Shown here: positions 17,107-27,960 of the stretch, one piece after another
Layout of the letters: the number at the start of each line of letters is the position of its first letter
Numbering within the stretch: the stretch's first letter is position 1
Virus record (IMG/VR): IMGVR_UViG_3300020045_000984
Location: 1-46,973 of that record
DNA from: a virus
Lineage: Duplodnaviria; Caudoviricetes
Length of the DNA stretch: 46,973 nt
Strand: one strand, 5' to 3'
Program-made: the position numbers and the translations under genes
Notes under the pieces: generated by a model
Told to the model about the DNA's origin: nothing
Seen by the model: the letters and a program-made list of their open reading frames with translations, nothing else
The model's database searches: none

Positions 17107-19578
17107 ATGCTTACACAGGCAGAACTCGAAGCAGAAATGGTAGACGGCGGGCGTGAGCGCATGACCCGCATGATGGATCGCAACGAGGCTGCCGGTGGGG
17201 CAGTAAATAACCCTTACGCCTCGGCAATCCTCAAACGCTTTGTAATGCCTATGGCCGCTCTGGTAGAGGCAGACATTGTAACTCCCAAGCCCGGACGTAA
17301 TCAGGCACACGTAACCCTGCTGCGCGGTATGGACCCGCAGGCAGTCGCGTACCTCACGGTTCGGCATACTCTTAATCACCTGATGGAAAGCTCAGAAGCC
17401 ACGGCACGTAGTCTTACCCTTGAGGTAGGCAAGGCGGCTTACAGCGAACTGCTGCTAACCCTGTTTGAAATGGAAGACCCAGCACTGTTCTATGTGCTGA
17501 CACAAGACCTTGACCGGCGCATGTCTAGGGACGAGCGTTACCGTATGGTTGTGTTCAAGATGCAGGCCAAGAAGCGCGGCATTGAGTTCCCAGAATGGGG
17601 CATTGCTGGCACTACTCAGGTAGGCGGCTACTTGCTGAACGTCCTAGAGGGCCTCGGCATGATCGAGACTTACCGCGTCACCCGCCCCGGCTCTAACAAC
17701 AAGCCTAAGACAACCCTGCAAATCCGGCTCACTGAGGAAGTTGCCGGTATGATCGGGCAGCTCAAGGACTTCGTGCTGGAAGCCGCGCCCCTGTTCCTCC
17801 CATGCGTTGAGAAGCCACGAGACTGGACAAGCGTTAGCGACGGCGGCTGGCACACGCTGGCTATGCGTCGGACCCAGCCATTTGCAGTCAAGGCCAACGC
17901 CTGCTGGTCAGAGCTTCACGAGTACGACATGTCTACCCCGCTGGCGGCAATCAATATGCTACAGAACGTAAGCTGGCAGATCAATCGTCGCATCTTCGCT
18001 ATCGTCAAGGATGTTTCGCGTTACTTCGATACCGAGGAAATCGTTAGCCTTAGCGAACCCCCGCGCCCGCCACGGCCTTACTGGCTTAGCGACGACATGA
18101 AGCGGGAGAACATGAGCAAGGACGAGCAAGCCGAGTTCTCTAGCTGGCGCAGGGAAATGGCCCAGTGGTTCTCGGACCAGAAAATCCGCAACACCCGCTA
18201 TGGCCGCTACAACAACGCGCTGCGGGTTGCCGAGAAGTTCCTTACGTATAACGAGTTGCACTTTGTTTACTTCGCAGACTTCCGGGGCCGCTTGTACGCC
18301 CAGACTACAGGAGTTAGCCCACAAGGGTCTGACCTGCAGAAGGCGCTGCTGCGCTTCTCTGAGGGCAAGGCGTTGTCAAGCCCTGAGGCTGTCAAGTGGT
18401 TCAAGATTAACGGGGCCAACAAGTACGGCTTCGATAAGGCGAGCCTTGACGACCGCGCGCTGTGGATTGACGAGCGCGATGATATTATCCGTCGCTGCGC
18501 CTCTGATCCAATTACGTACCGGGATGACTGGATTAACGCTGATTGCCCGCTGCAGTACCTAGCTTGGTGCTTGGAATACAAGGCTTGGCGGGACAGCCCC
18601 GACACGTTCGTATCTCACCTGCCAGTAGGTATGGATGGGAGCTGCAACGGCCTACAGAACTTCTCTGCCATGCTGCGGGACGAGGTAGGCGGGAAGGCAA
18701 CCAACCTCACCCCGGCCCTCAAGCCGTCTGACATATACCAGATCACCGCAGACGTTACAGCCCAGAAGCTGCGCGACTGCCACGATCTGCCTATTCCAGA
18801 TGACGACGAGACTGAGGACACGGCCAAGAAGATCAAGTACGCAACTAGCTTCAACCACTTCCGCCGCCTGTGGATAGACCACGGCATTACTCGTAACCTA
18901 GTAAAGCGGTCAGTTATGACTAAGCCTTACGGGTCTACGCGCTTCTCGTGTGCTGACTTCATCGTGTCGGACTACCTCAAGCAGGGTAAGGCCCCTGAGT
19001 TTGCCAAGGAGGAATACCACCCCGCTGCCCGTATGCTTTCCCGCTTTGTCTGGGAAGCTATTGGCGAAGTAGTCGTAAAGGCTGACGAGGCTATGGACTG
19101 GCTGCAACGTTCTGCCACTAACATCCTTAAGGACAACGACCACATTAGCTGGGTAACGCCTACAGGCTTCCCAGTGATCCAACGCTACGCCAAAGAGGAG
19201 CGCACCCGCATCCGTACCCGCCTGTGCGGGAATGCTCTGCTGCATATCAAGCGGGAGACTGAGGAAGCGGACGGCAATCATCACCGGAACGGGATCGCCC
19301 CGAACATGCTGCATAGTCTGGACGCCTCTCACATGGCCCTCGTGGCCCTCGCTGGAGGCCGGGAAGGCATGGCCCTTGCTATGATCCATGATGACTTCGG
19401 GACACACGCAGCGGACGCCCCACGGTTCTACACGATCATTCGTGAAACCTTCGTCGCCATGTACGAGAACAACGACCCGCTTGGAGACTTCGCGGACAAG
19501 TACGGCCTGTCGGGGGTTCCCCAGCCCGGTCGCCTTGACCTTCGTCAAGTCTTGAACAGCCCGTATTTCTTTTCGTAA
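17107..19578 (+). CDS. Single-subunit DNA-directed RNA polymerase (T7-like)
   Basis: DFRGRLY, DGSCNGLQ, KRSVMTKPYG and IHDDF motifs. Confidence 0.98.
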   Translation: MLTQAELEAEMVDGGRERMTRMMDRNEAAGGAVNNPYASAILKRFVMPMAALVEADIVTPKPGRNQAHVTLLRGMDPQAVAYLTVRHTLNHLMESSEATARSLTLEVGKAAYSELLLTLFEMEDPALFYVLTQDLDRRMSRDERYRMVVFKMQAKKRGIEFPEWGIAGTTQVGGYLLNVLEGLGMIETYRVTRPGSNNKPKTTLQIRLTEEVAGMIGQLKDFVLEAAPLFLPCVEKPRDWTSVSDGGWHTLAMRRTQPFAVKANACWSELHEYDMSTPLAAINMLQNVSWQINRRIFAIVKDVSRYFDTEEIVSLSEPPRPPRPYWLSDDMKRENMSKDEQAEFSSWRREMAQWFSDQKIRNTRYGRYNNALRVAEKFLTYNELHFVYFADFRGRLYAQTTGVSPQGSDLQKALLRFSEGKALSSPEAVKWFKINGANKYGFDKASLDDRALWIDERDDIIRRCASDPITYRDDWINADCPLQYLAWCLEYKAWRDSPDTFVSHLPVGMDGSCNGLQNFSAMLRDEVGGKATNLTPALKPSDIYQITADVTAQKLRDCHDLPIPDDDETEDTAKKIKYATSFNHFRRLWIDHGITRNLVKRSVMTKPYGSTRFSCADFIVSDYLKQGKAPEFAKEEYHPAARMLSRFVWEAIGEVVVKADEAMDWLQRSATNILKDNDHISWVTPTGFPVIQRYAKEERTRIRTRLCGNALLHIKRETEEADGNHHRNGIAPNMLHSLDASHMALVALAGGREGMALAMIHDDFGTHAADAPRFYTIIRETFVAMYENNDPLGDFADKYGLSGVPQPGRLDLRQVLNSPYFFS

Positions 19579-19588
19579 CCCTCTTGAC
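19571..19588 (+). promoter_or_regulatory. Putative phage RNAP promoter, copy 2 (TTTCGTAACCCTCTTGAC)
   Basis: Same motif, overlapping the RNAP stop at the start of the structural region. Confidence 0.72.
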
Positions 19589-19629
19589 ATACCGAACGCG
19601 GAATATCTGTCCGCGAGGCAGGATAAACT

Positions 19630-19803
19630 ATGACACACCCAGAAATACAGTTTCGACTGTCTTCCGATGCTTACAAGCAGCTAGAGCAGAAGCTACTGTC
19701 TGACGTTATCGTAACTGATAAAACCAGCGAGCTTCAAGCAGGCTACATGCTTGGAATACAGAAAGTGCTTAAGGTGCTGCGTGATGGCTTCACGGTCGGT
19801 TAA
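19630..19803 (+). CDS. 57-aa small protein at the start of the late region
   Basis: MTHPEIQFRL...AGYMLGIQKVLKVLRDGFTVG*; AGGA SD; syntenic with small genes after RNAP in related phages. Confidence 0.7.
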   Translation: MTHPEIQFRLSSDAYKQLEQKLLSDVIVTDKTSELQAGYMLGIQKVLKVLRDGFTVG

Positions 19804-20215
19804 GGAAGAGGACTTCTCAGTAATCTTAGAGACGATGCAGCTTGCTGTAGACGATCTAAAGCTGACAAGTCTTAAACCTATAGCTAAGGCAATGGACGCC
19901 CGCAAGGCTACAGTTCATCTTGTCTATAATAATGAACATTCGTATATTGTGGATGAATGCTTCCTAGTCTGTTATCAGATCGGAACACCGTGGTTTAGCG
20001 AGGATTTAGTCCTAGGCGAAATGACTGTGCTCAGGCTGGCATCAGGAGGCAGCTTCACCGCAGTTGCGGACTTCTTGAAAGCAGAGGCCATTAGGCATTC
20101 ATGCAAATGGGTGCTTGTTGGAACGCTGCTGTCTAATTGTGACGAGCTTCTGAGCAGGCTATACCGAAGGTATGGATTTTCTAAGAGCCTCGTACAACTA
20201 GCAATGGAGGTTTGA
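19784..20215 (+). CDS. GNAT-fold protein (position of phiKMV-like gp28)
   Basis: PWF...E..VL and LSRLYRRYGF motifs; synteny. Confidence 0.6.
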   Translation: MASRSVKEEDFSVILETMQLAVDDLKLTSLKPIAKAMDARKATVHLVYNNEHSYIVDECFLVCYQIGTPWFSEDLVLGEMTVLRLASGGSFTAVADFLKAEAIRHSCKWVLVGTLLSNCDELLSRLYRRYGFSKSLVQLAMEV

Positions 20216-20524
20216 ATGTGCTTCGGTTTAGATATTTTCGGAGTAAACAAGGGCGCTAAGCAGCAAGCTAAGGCGCTAGAGGAGCAAGCACGGCAAGAGC
20301 GGCTACTCGCTAAAGCTAACCAGCAAAGCCTTGAAGGGCAGATTGCTAGGCAGGCTGCAGGCGATAAGGCTAAGGAGCTGCTGAGCAAGCCTATTGAGAC
20401 TACCGATGTTACTGTCGGTGAGGTTGCCCCAAAGGCTACGATTGACGAGACAGGTCGGCGCAGGACTGCCCGATCTAAGTTTCAAATGTCGGGTAACGGT
20501 GGCGCAGGCCTAGGCGGCCTCTAA
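20216..20524 (+). CDS. Small virion/tail assembly protein (T7 gp7.3-like position)
   Basis: MCF start, basic C-terminus, immediately before the portal. Confidence 0.7.
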   Translation: MCFGLDIFGVNKGAKQQAKALEEQARQERLLAKANQQSLEGQIARQAAGDKAKELLSKPIETTDVTVGEVAPKATIDETGRRRTARSKFQMSGNGGAGLGGL

Positions 20525-22038
20525 TGTCTGCTATGACGGCTCATGGCCGCTGGCAGCAGTTAGACGCAAATCGCTCAGGGTTCCTTCGTAACTGCGAACT
20601 ATTCGCTAGCTACACACTACCCAAGATTTGCCTCCCTACTAACTACAAGCAGAACAACGAGGTTCTGACACAGGACTTTCAGGCTGTTGGGGCGCAAGCT
20701 GCTAACCACCTGACCAACAAGATGATGCTGGCGCTATTTGCCCCTTCTCGCCCGTTCTTCCGTCTTGACGCAACACCTTCTGGTGCTGGAAAGATTATGA
20801 AGGCCGGGGTTCCTGAGACGGACTTGGCGATGGTTCTGGGCAAGCTAGAGCAAGGTGCAGTCTCCCTGCTGGATAAGCGGGCGCTACGCCCTAAGCTGTT
20901 CAACGCAGTGAAGCACTTGATTATCACTGGTAACGTGATGCTGGCTTTTGACAAGCTGACTATGCGTACCATTGGCATTCGTAACTATGTAGTCCGCAGG
21001 TCCATATCGGGCAAGGTCATCGAAATGATGATCCGTGATCGGGTACTAGTAGACGAGCTAGATCAGGATGTGCAGGACTACGCGCAGCAAGAGCTTAAGA
21101 ACCGGGAAGATCGTAAGGTCTGCCTATATCGTTGGATCAAGTACACCGCTGACGGCGACTACGTTATGTCTCAGTGGGTCGATAACACCAAGTTGCCTGA
21201 GAAGTTTAATGGCAAGTGGCCAGAGAAGGACTGCCCGTATAAACCCCTTACTTGGGATTTGGCAGACGAGCAGGACTACGGAACGGGCCTTGTAGAGGAC
21301 TACTCCGCAGACTTCGCTGGGCTGTCTGCTCTGAGCAAGGCGCAGATACAAGGTGCAATTCTGGCTAGCGAGTTCCGCTGGTTGGTAAACCCCGCTGGCA
21401 TGACTAAGGTTGAAGACTTCGAGAACACCCCGAATGGCGGCGCTATGCCGGGTTCAGAAGGGGACATTGTTCTTATCTCTAACAGCAAGTCAACTGACCT
21501 TAAAGTCACTATGGATATGTCTGCTGAGTACATTAACCGCATTGGCCGAGCGTTCCTGCTTGGTTCTGTGTTGGTTCGTGATGCTGAGCGCGTAACCGCA
21601 GAAGAAATCCGCATGACGGCTAATGAGTTGGAGACTGCCCTTGGTGGCGGCTACAGCCGAATTGCCGTGGACTTCCAGACCCCGCTAGCCGCATGGCTGC
21701 TGCAGGGTGTGCAGGTTGACACCGCAGAAGACTTCGAGCCTACTATCGTTACAGGGCTTGATGCCTTGTCACGAGCAGGCGACTTAGATGAACTTAAACT
21801 CTGGTTGGCTGACATGGCTGCCGTTAACAACTTGCCTGAGGCCCTGCAAATGGAACTCAACATGAGCGAGTTAGCCAAGGCCCTAGCTGCCCCTCGCAGG
21901 ATCAATGTGCAGACGTACTTGAAATCTGACGAGCAGAAGCAGGCCGAGGCCGCAGCACGAGAAGAACAGCAAGCCCGTATGATGGCAGCGCAGGCCGGTG
22001 CAAACCGTGCTGAAAACGCGCCTATGGAAGGAGCATAA
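20524..22038 (+). CDS. Portal (head-tail connector)
   Basis: LALFAPSRPFFRL, YGTGLVE, RDAERVTAEEIR and GLDALSR motifs. Confidence 0.96.
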   Translation: MSAMTAHGRWQQLDANRSGFLRNCELFASYTLPKICLPTNYKQNNEVLTQDFQAVGAQAANHLTNKMMLALFAPSRPFFRLDATPSGAGKIMKAGVPETDLAMVLGKLEQGAVSLLDKRALRPKLFNAVKHLIITGNVMLAFDKLTMRTIGIRNYVVRRSISGKVIEMMIRDRVLVDELDQDVQDYAQQELKNREDRKVCLYRWIKYTADGDYVMSQWVDNTKLPEKFNGKWPEKDCPYKPLTWDLADEQDYGTGLVEDYSADFAGLSALSKAQIQGAILASEFRWLVNPAGMTKVEDFENTPNGGAMPGSEGDIVLISNSKSTDLKVTMDMSAEYINRIGRAFLLGSVLVRDAERVTAEEIRMTANELETALGGGYSRIAVDFQTPLAAWLLQGVQVDTAEDFEPTIVTGLDALSRAGDLDELKLWLADMAAVNNLPEALQMELNMSELAKALAAPRRINVQTYLKSDEQKQAEAAAREEQQARMMAAQAGANRAENAPMEGA

Positions 22039-22041
22039 ACT

Positions 22042-22818
22042 TTGGCGGACGAGACAAACATCCCGGCTGGAGTACCTGAGGGTACAGCCCCGGCACCTGT
22101 AGAGCAGGTACAAACACCACCCGCTCAGACCGAGCAGCCAGCAGCGCCCGTATCGGAATTGGTTACGCCTCCTGAGGCCCCGACCAACGCCCTTAACAGC
22201 GAGGTTGCAGAGGACGGGTCAGTAGAGTATGAGCAGACCGGCATCCCGGCTCTGGACGTATCTCTGACGTTCTTTGGGTCACTCGGCATTGCCGGGGACG
22301 ACACCGCTATGGCAGCGGCAGCTAAAGGGAACTTTGCGCTGCTTGAGGCTAAGCTGGCCACTATGGGCGACAAAGCTCAAGGCTGGCAGCAAATGGTCGC
22401 GTTAGCTAAGTCGGCGTACACAGACAGCGTATCGAAGATGGCAGAGGCTTCTAAGAAGACTGACGCCGCTATCCTCTCGGTTGTGCAGTCTGCTGACAAC
22501 TGGAATGCAATTAAGGCTTGGGCAGCAAAGAACGCTGATCCAGCCGAGAAGGCCGAAATCAACCGTATGATTGATGCTGGTCCTGTTCAGGCGCGGGCTG
22601 CTGCTACGCTCCTGCTCGAAGCATACAAGAAGGCTCCGGGTAATTCAATTAACCCGCCGTCTCCTCTTGGTAACGCTTCGCCTGCTGCGGAAATCTCAGG
22701 TGGCCTACTGTCACCGCGAGAGTACGCACAAGAAGTTGCTACGCTTCATCGTAAGCTAGGCACACGAATGGAAAGCAGCCCCGAATACCGCGCGCTACAG
22801 CGCCGGTTGGCTCGATAA
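22042..22818 (+). CDS. Capsid scaffolding protein
   Basis: Between portal and MCP; Pro/Ala/acidic N-terminus; AAGGAG SD with TTG start. Confidence 0.88.
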   Translation: MADETNIPAGVPEGTAPAPVEQVQTPPAQTEQPAAPVSELVTPPEAPTNALNSEVAEDGSVEYEQTGIPALDVSLTFFGSLGIAGDDTAMAAAAKGNFALLEAKLATMGDKAQGWQQMVALAKSAYTDSVSKMAEASKKTDAAILSVVQSADNWNAIKAWAAKNADPAEKAEINRMIDAGPVQARAAATLLLEAYKKAPGNSINPPSPLGNASPAAEISGGLLSPREYAQEVATLHRKLGTRMESSPEYRALQRRLAR

Positions 22819-22833
22819 TAGGAAAGGAATACA

Positions 22834-23850
22834 ATGCCACTTTTTGATGACGCAGGTAACATCCCTAGCGCACAACTTACTCGTCCCGGTCAGCTCGACC
22901 AGACGGGCGACATTATGGCCACTGCGGTTACGGAATACAGCCAGCAGGTCCAGCACACCATTGAGCGCCGCTCTGCCCTGTCGGGCTTTGTAGCCCCACG
23001 CTCGGTACGAGGCACCAACTCGATTGGTAACTTCGGCTTCGGCAAGTCCACCATTGGTGTGGTGACGCCGGGTGAAGCGCCGCCTGCTACCAAGAACGAT
23101 GTTGGTAAGGTCACGCTGACCATTGATACGGTGGTCTATACCCGCCACGCTCTGCCATTGCTTGAAGTCTTCCAGACCAGCTATGATGCCCGCGTTGAGC
23201 TTGGTGTAGAAGACGGTATTGAAATGGCCAAGTTCATCGACCAAGCCTTCTTCATTCAGGCTGCCAAGGCCTCGCTGCTTAGCGACAGTGCTTACTCCGC
23301 AGTTGCCAATAAGCCAGCAGGCTTCAAGGGCGGCAGCTTGGAAGTTCTGACCGCTGCCGGTGATGCTACCGACCCCGCCAAGCTGTATCAGGCAATCTCG
23401 AACCTCTTCGTGAAGATGGAGGAAAAGGACGTTGTTCCTCGTATGGACGACGTTATGGTTGCAGTTAAGCCTGCCCAGTTCTATGCACTGCAGGATGCTG
23501 AGCAGATCGTTAACGGTAACTACGTGACGGCGCGCGGCACTGTCCTCGAAGGTATTCCTATCTTCAAGGCGTTCGGTTGCCCGATCATTTCCAGCAACAA
23601 CGTGCCAGCTACGAACGTAACTGCACACGAGCTGTCCAACGCCACTAACGGCAACGCTTACAACGGCGACTTCTCGAAGCTCGTCGGCATTGCGTTCTCG
23701 CCTAAGGCCTTGCTGGCTGGTGAAACCATCCCACTTGAGAGCGATGTGTTCTACGACAAAATCTACAAGTCGTGGTTCGTTGACAGCCATACCTCGTTCG
23801 GCGTCACGCCTGACCGTGCAGAGTATGCAGGTTCGATCTGGCTCCCATAA
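22834..23850 (+). CDS. Major capsid protein
   Basis: 338 aa with T7 gp10-like features (LTIDT, ISSNNVP); strong SD; followed by a terminator. Confidence 0.95.
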   Translation: MPLFDDAGNIPSAQLTRPGQLDQTGDIMATAVTEYSQQVQHTIERRSALSGFVAPRSVRGTNSIGNFGFGKSTIGVVTPGEAPPATKNDVGKVTLTIDTVVYTRHALPLLEVFQTSYDARVELGVEDGIEMAKFIDQAFFIQAAKASLLSDSAYSAVANKPAGFKGGSLEVLTAAGDATDPAKLYQAISNLFVKMEEKDVVPRMDDVMVAVKPAQFYALQDAEQIVNGNYVTARGTVLEGIPIFKAFGCPIISSNNVPATNVTAHELSNATNGNAYNGDFSKLVGIAFSPKALLAGETIPLESDVFYDKIYKSWFVDSHTSFGVTPDRAEYAGSIWLP

Positions 23851-23862
23851 GTTCTCGTCCCG

Positions 23863-23898
23863 GCCCCCAGTATTCTTCGGAGTGCTGGGGGCTTTTTT
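23863..23898 (+). terminator. Intrinsic terminator (T-phi-like)
   Basis: GCCCCCAGTATTC-TTCG-GAGTGCTGGGGGC then TTTTTT directly after MCP. Confidence 0.92.
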
Positions 23899-23913
23899 GC
23901 GTAGGAGCGTATA

Positions 23914-24525
23914 ATGTCTTACATGACGACCCTTGAGGTTGTAAACGAGTGCTTGGGCACTCTGGGGGAGTTGCCTATAAACTCTCTCGAAGAGGGGCAC
24001 CCTGATGTTCCTGCTGCACTGCGCGCCTTGAAAATTGCAAACAGACGTGAGCAAAGTAAATCGTGGTGGTTTAACCGGGAACTGGTTGAGCTGTCTCCGG
24101 GTACTGACGGGTTCATCTACCTGCCTAATGATGTGCTAAAGGTTGACCCTGAAAGCGCCTCGGATAAGTACGTCCAGCGTGGGCGCAGGCTGTATAAGCC
24201 GTATGAGAGTAACGTAGCCACTAAGTACGTGTTCACCCAGCCGGTAACGGTATGGTTGGTGCGCGAAGTGCCTTTCGAGGACTGCCCATATTCTGCGCAG
24301 TCGCTAATTAACTACTCCGCGCAGCTTGACTTTACCAAGACGTATGAGGCCGACCAGCTTAAGTACCAGCAAGTATTGCAGCTGTACAAGGACGCAGTGA
24401 TTACGATTAACTCGGAACATGTGCGGGCACAGGGCATTAATATGCTTAGCCGTAGGGCGGGCATTACTTCAAGATCAGAAATAGGGGCGGGCCGCATTAG
24501 TGGAGATTACCGGCCACACTCTTAA
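23914..24525 (+). CDS. Tail tubular protein A (gp11-like)
   Basis: LEVVNECLGTLGE..., WWFN and RGRRLY motifs; synteny. Confidence 0.92.
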   Translation: MSYMTTLEVVNECLGTLGELPINSLEEGHPDVPAALRALKIANRREQSKSWWFNRELVELSPGTDGFIYLPNDVLKVDPESASDKYVQRGRRLYKPYESNVATKYVFTQPVTVWLVREVPFEDCPYSAQSLINYSAQLDFTKTYEADQLKYQQVLQLYKDAVITINSEHVRAQGINMLSRRAGITSRSEIGAGRISGDYRPHS

Positions 24526-24536
24526 GGAGAATTAGT

Positions 24537-27107
24537 ATGGCGAAAGTGTCTGGTTCATACGAGAGCGTAGTAAGGGGCGTAAGTGAACAGAGCGCCCAGA
24601 GCCGCCGTAGCGGCCAGCACTTCGCTCAGGTTAATATGATAAGCGACCCTGTTCGGGGACTTGCCCGTAGGCACGGCTCATGGATGGAGGACGAAGTTAT
24701 TGCGGGTACTGATGCGGCATATGATATGCTGCTAGCTCAGACCGCCTCTTCTCGCGTAGTCCCGTTCTTTGTGGGCGGCGGGAAGTATGATTTAATCGCG
24801 CGCACTGGGACCAGTGTGGACGCCGGAACGGCTAACGCCTCGTTCGCGTTCTGCTTCAACAAGAGTACGCGGGCGTTCGTCCCGGTCGTCTTAGGAAGCT
24901 CTGCCCCAGTTGCTGCGCTTGTAGCGGGTGGCATGAGTGCCGCCGCTAACCTTGGTAGGTACTTGTACATTGCTGGTAATACCATTGTCCCTACGGCTAA
25001 CGAAAGTGCAGAGTGGGGCAACGCTACTAACCGCAGCAAACTGATAGGCTGGGTGCGCTCTGGAGCATATGCCCGCGAGTTCAAAGTTGTGCTTACTAAG
25101 TCGGATGGTAGTGCGGTTACGGGGGTTTATAAGACTAAGCCCGCTTCTTACCCGACACTCCTTGATACCTCAGATATTTTAGCGTCAGACACGGAATACC
25201 AGAAAAAGGTAAACGACCGTGTTAACGCCTATAACTCCGCTGTAACCGCGTGGATTGGTGAGGCTGCGGAAGACATTACCCCAGCAAACATCGCGTCTAA
25301 GCTAAGGCTAGCCCTTGTGGCAGCAGGTGTATCGGCAGGTGACATTAGTACGCAAGAGGGTTACATCATTGTTAACAGCCCAACCTACGTCGAAATTGAA
25401 ATGAAAGACAGCGGGGACGACAGCCTAATCAGGGGCGTCGGTAATACTGTAGACAACATTGACGCAGTGTCTTCGCGGCACTTTGTCGGCAAGGTTGTAA
25501 AGGTAGAGCCAGAAACGACTTCGGCTGATCCAGTCTATCTCAAGGCCTATGCCAAGAATGAGGTGGACACTGGCTTTGCTGAGGTGGTGTGGCGAGAAAG
25601 CGCAGGCTTCCTTATGACGCCAGCGGTAGTATTCTGCATGGCCACGGTCCAAGCTGGCACCCTGTATATTGCGGGATCGGCTAGTGAGTTAGAGACTATG
25701 GCGGGCATCACGGAGGTTCCAACTTTCTCCTCCAACACTGTAGGGGACGAGCTTAGCTCACCGTTACCAACATTCTTTAACAGGAAGATCGACTACCTTG
25801 GCGTATTCCAAGATAGGCTGGTAGTGGGGTCAGGCTCCACGCTGCTGTTCTCGCGCCCCGGTGATTACCTTAACTGGTTCCGCAAGTCTGTGCTTTCAGT
25901 ACAGGACGACGATCCGTGGGAAGGGTATGCGCTAGGCTCAGAAGACGACACCATTAAGTACGGCGTACTGTACGACCGCAGCCTGCTGCTATATGGCGAC
26001 CGCTTTCAGTACCTTGTTAGTGGCCGCGTCGGCTTCACACCAGCTACGGCTAACGTAGCAATTGCCACCGCCTACGAGGGCGCTATCGAAGCGGCTCCAA
26101 GGGCTAGCGGTAACTTTGTGTTCTATGCTAATAACTCTGGCGTAGAGGGCCGCGAGTATTCCTCTCTGCACCAGATGCAGCCGGGGATAGTCGCAGACGT
26201 ATCGGATAGCCAGTCCGTATCTCAGCAGCTTGATAAGTTCCTAGACGGGCTTCCTGTAGAGATACTGACTATGACCACACCTAACATGGTGCTGTTACGG
26301 GTTAACCGGCATCGTGACCGCTTTTACGTGTACACATACCTAGACAGCTCCCAAGGGGCTGAGCGGCTATTTGATAGCTGGTCTTACTGGGAATGGGGAA
26401 CGGCGGTTGGCAGTGCTGTTGGATTGTCACGAGAAGGCTCAGACATTCTGCTTTACACGATCAAGTCTGGCAAGGACGCCTCAGGCGTAGGCCGCACATG
26501 GATAGCCTGTGAGAAGTTCGTTCGTGACACGGACCTCAGCAGATACCCGTACCTTGACAGTTTGCGCCCAGCGTCGGAGTTTACCTCCCCGTCTTCTAGC
26601 GCGTCTGTTAGCAGCCAAGCAACCTTCAATGGCCTCTGCATCGCAGTTGGGTCAGGCGAGGACGCGCAGTTCCTTGGTGACACAACTGACAACATCGCTA
26701 GGTTCCTAGAAGGGTATTCCGGCAGTGGGGCCTTTGTTGGGCAGCAGTACGCCGCTTACACGACACCGACTAACCCGTACCTTAAAGACCGCAACGGTCA
26801 GGCGATCCTCGCAGCCAGACTAACTCTGGGGCGGATTGCTGTTGCTGTCACGGACACTGGCGGCATGGAGTGCTGGGTAGAATGGTCCGGGTCAGTCACA
26901 ACCTCTCTAAGGTTTACTGGCCGCATTCTTGGGAACCAGTCTAACTTGATTGGGCGGCAGCCTATCGTGTCCACTTCGCTAACCTGCCCTGTAGGTAAGG
27001 AAGTAAAGGCCTGCAAATACACGCTGGCGGCTATTAACTGGCTACCACTAACCATAAACTCGATTGACTGGACAGGTCAGTCGTTCTTCAACACAAGGAG
27101 GGTCTGA
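24537..27107 (+). CDS. Tail tubular protein B (gp12-like)
   Basis: GVSEQ...QVNMISDPVRGLARRHG, FQDRL, FDSWS; synteny. Confidence 0.93.
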   Translation: MAKVSGSYESVVRGVSEQSAQSRRSGQHFAQVNMISDPVRGLARRHGSWMEDEVIAGTDAAYDMLLAQTASSRVVPFFVGGGKYDLIARTGTSVDAGTANASFAFCFNKSTRAFVPVVLGSSAPVAALVAGGMSAAANLGRYLYIAGNTIVPTANESAEWGNATNRSKLIGWVRSGAYAREFKVVLTKSDGSAVTGVYKTKPASYPTLLDTSDILASDTEYQKKVNDRVNAYNSAVTAWIGEAAEDITPANIASKLRLALVAAGVSAGDISTQEGYIIVNSPTYVEIEMKDSGDDSLIRGVGNTVDNIDAVSSRHFVGKVVKVEPETTSADPVYLKAYAKNEVDTGFAEVVWRESAGFLMTPAVVFCMATVQAGTLYIAGSASELETMAGITEVPTFSSNTVGDELSSPLPTFFNRKIDYLGVFQDRLVVGSGSTLLFSRPGDYLNWFRKSVLSVQDDDPWEGYALGSEDDTIKYGVLYDRSLLLYGDRFQYLVSGRVGFTPATANVAIATAYEGAIEAAPRASGNFVFYANNSGVEGREYSSLHQMQPGIVADVSDSQSVSQQLDKFLDGLPVEILTMTTPNMVLLRVNRHRDRFYVYTYLDSSQGAERLFDSWSYWEWGTAVGSAVGLSREGSDILLYTIKSGKDASGVGRTWIACEKFVRDTDLSRYPYLDSLRPASEFTSPSSSASVSSQATFNGLCIAVGSGEDAQFLGDTTDNIARFLEGYSGSGAFVGQQYAAYTTPTNPYLKDRNGQAILAARLTLGRIAVAVTDTGGMECWVEWSGSVTTSLRFTGRILGNQSNLIGRQPIVSTSLTCPVGKEVKACKYTLAAINWLPLTINSIDWTGQSFFNTRRV

Positions 27108-27949
27108 TGTGCTTTGACATGCTAATGGCCGATCAGCAGGCCCGTGGACAGGTGCAAGTTAACCGCGCTAGGTATAAGCTGCGCGATGCCCAGAACGAGA
27201 AGTCTGCTACGGAAAGTACCGTGCAGAAGTGGGGCCAATCCCTGAGTAACCGTAAGAAGCTGGATGCCGGAGGTAGAAACTTTGGCATCCTCGCTGAGAA
27301 CTTCGCACGTAGGGTTGACGCTAACACTCTTGGTACTGCGATGGGCAGGCTTGCGCATGGCGAGGAAATTGGGCGACTGACCGCCTCTGCTGCTTCGGCA
27401 GGCATGGGAGGGTCAAGCGTGGAGGCCTTTAACCGCACGGTAGAGACAAGCTACGCGCTACAGGCAGAGATGGCCGACCGTGCCGCTAAGTCTGAGAACT
27501 ACTTAGCTGCTCAGGAGCTAGGCCGGGTAATCCCGGATGCTATCGACAGCATGGACAACAACCTCTACATGGCCAACATGGACTACGGCTATTACGGAAG
27601 CACTAAGGGGCCGTCCACTCTAGGCACTCTGGCGACTATCGCAGTTGCCGGGGCGGCTACGGCTGCCGGTGCCCCTGAGGTTGGGAAGGCGATAATGGGC
27701 GCTAAGACCGCAGGCTTACAGTCTGAGTACGGGATTGGCGACGGTGGCGCAGCCGCTCTAGGGAAGGCGATGGATAGCTTTAAGACCGGAGTTGGTGAAG
27801 TGCGCGGGCTAATCAACAAGCCCAAGCAAGCCAAAACCAATAGCTTCTCAGGGGGCTTCTACAAAGCGCCTAACATGAGCCAAGTCGGAATGACTGGCGG
27901 CTTGAGCAACATTAGTAACGGCTCCCTCGGAAGCGTTACCTTTAGATAA
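27107..27949 (+). CDS. Internal virion protein (gp14-like)
   Basis: A/G-rich helical protein (ASAGMGGSS); synteny. Confidence 0.75.
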   Translation: MCFDMLMADQQARGQVQVNRARYKLRDAQNEKSATESTVQKWGQSLSNRKKLDAGGRNFGILAENFARRVDANTLGTAMGRLAHGEEIGRLTASAASAGMGGSSVEAFNRTVETSYALQAEMADRAAKSENYLAAQELGRVIPDAIDSMDNNLYMANMDYGYYGSTKGPSTLGTLATIAVAGAATAAGAPEVGKAIMGAKTAGLQSEYGIGDGGAAALGKAMDSFKTGVGEVRGLINKPKQAKTNSFSGGFYKAPNMSQVGMTGGLSNISNGSLGSVTFR

Positions 27950-27960
27950 GGATAAGCACA

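Noticed and set aside
22795-24054. 419-aa antisense ORF over the capsid gene, and other long antisense or alternate-frame ORFs
   Set aside because: Shadow ORFs of strongly biased coding sequence with no motifs or RBS support
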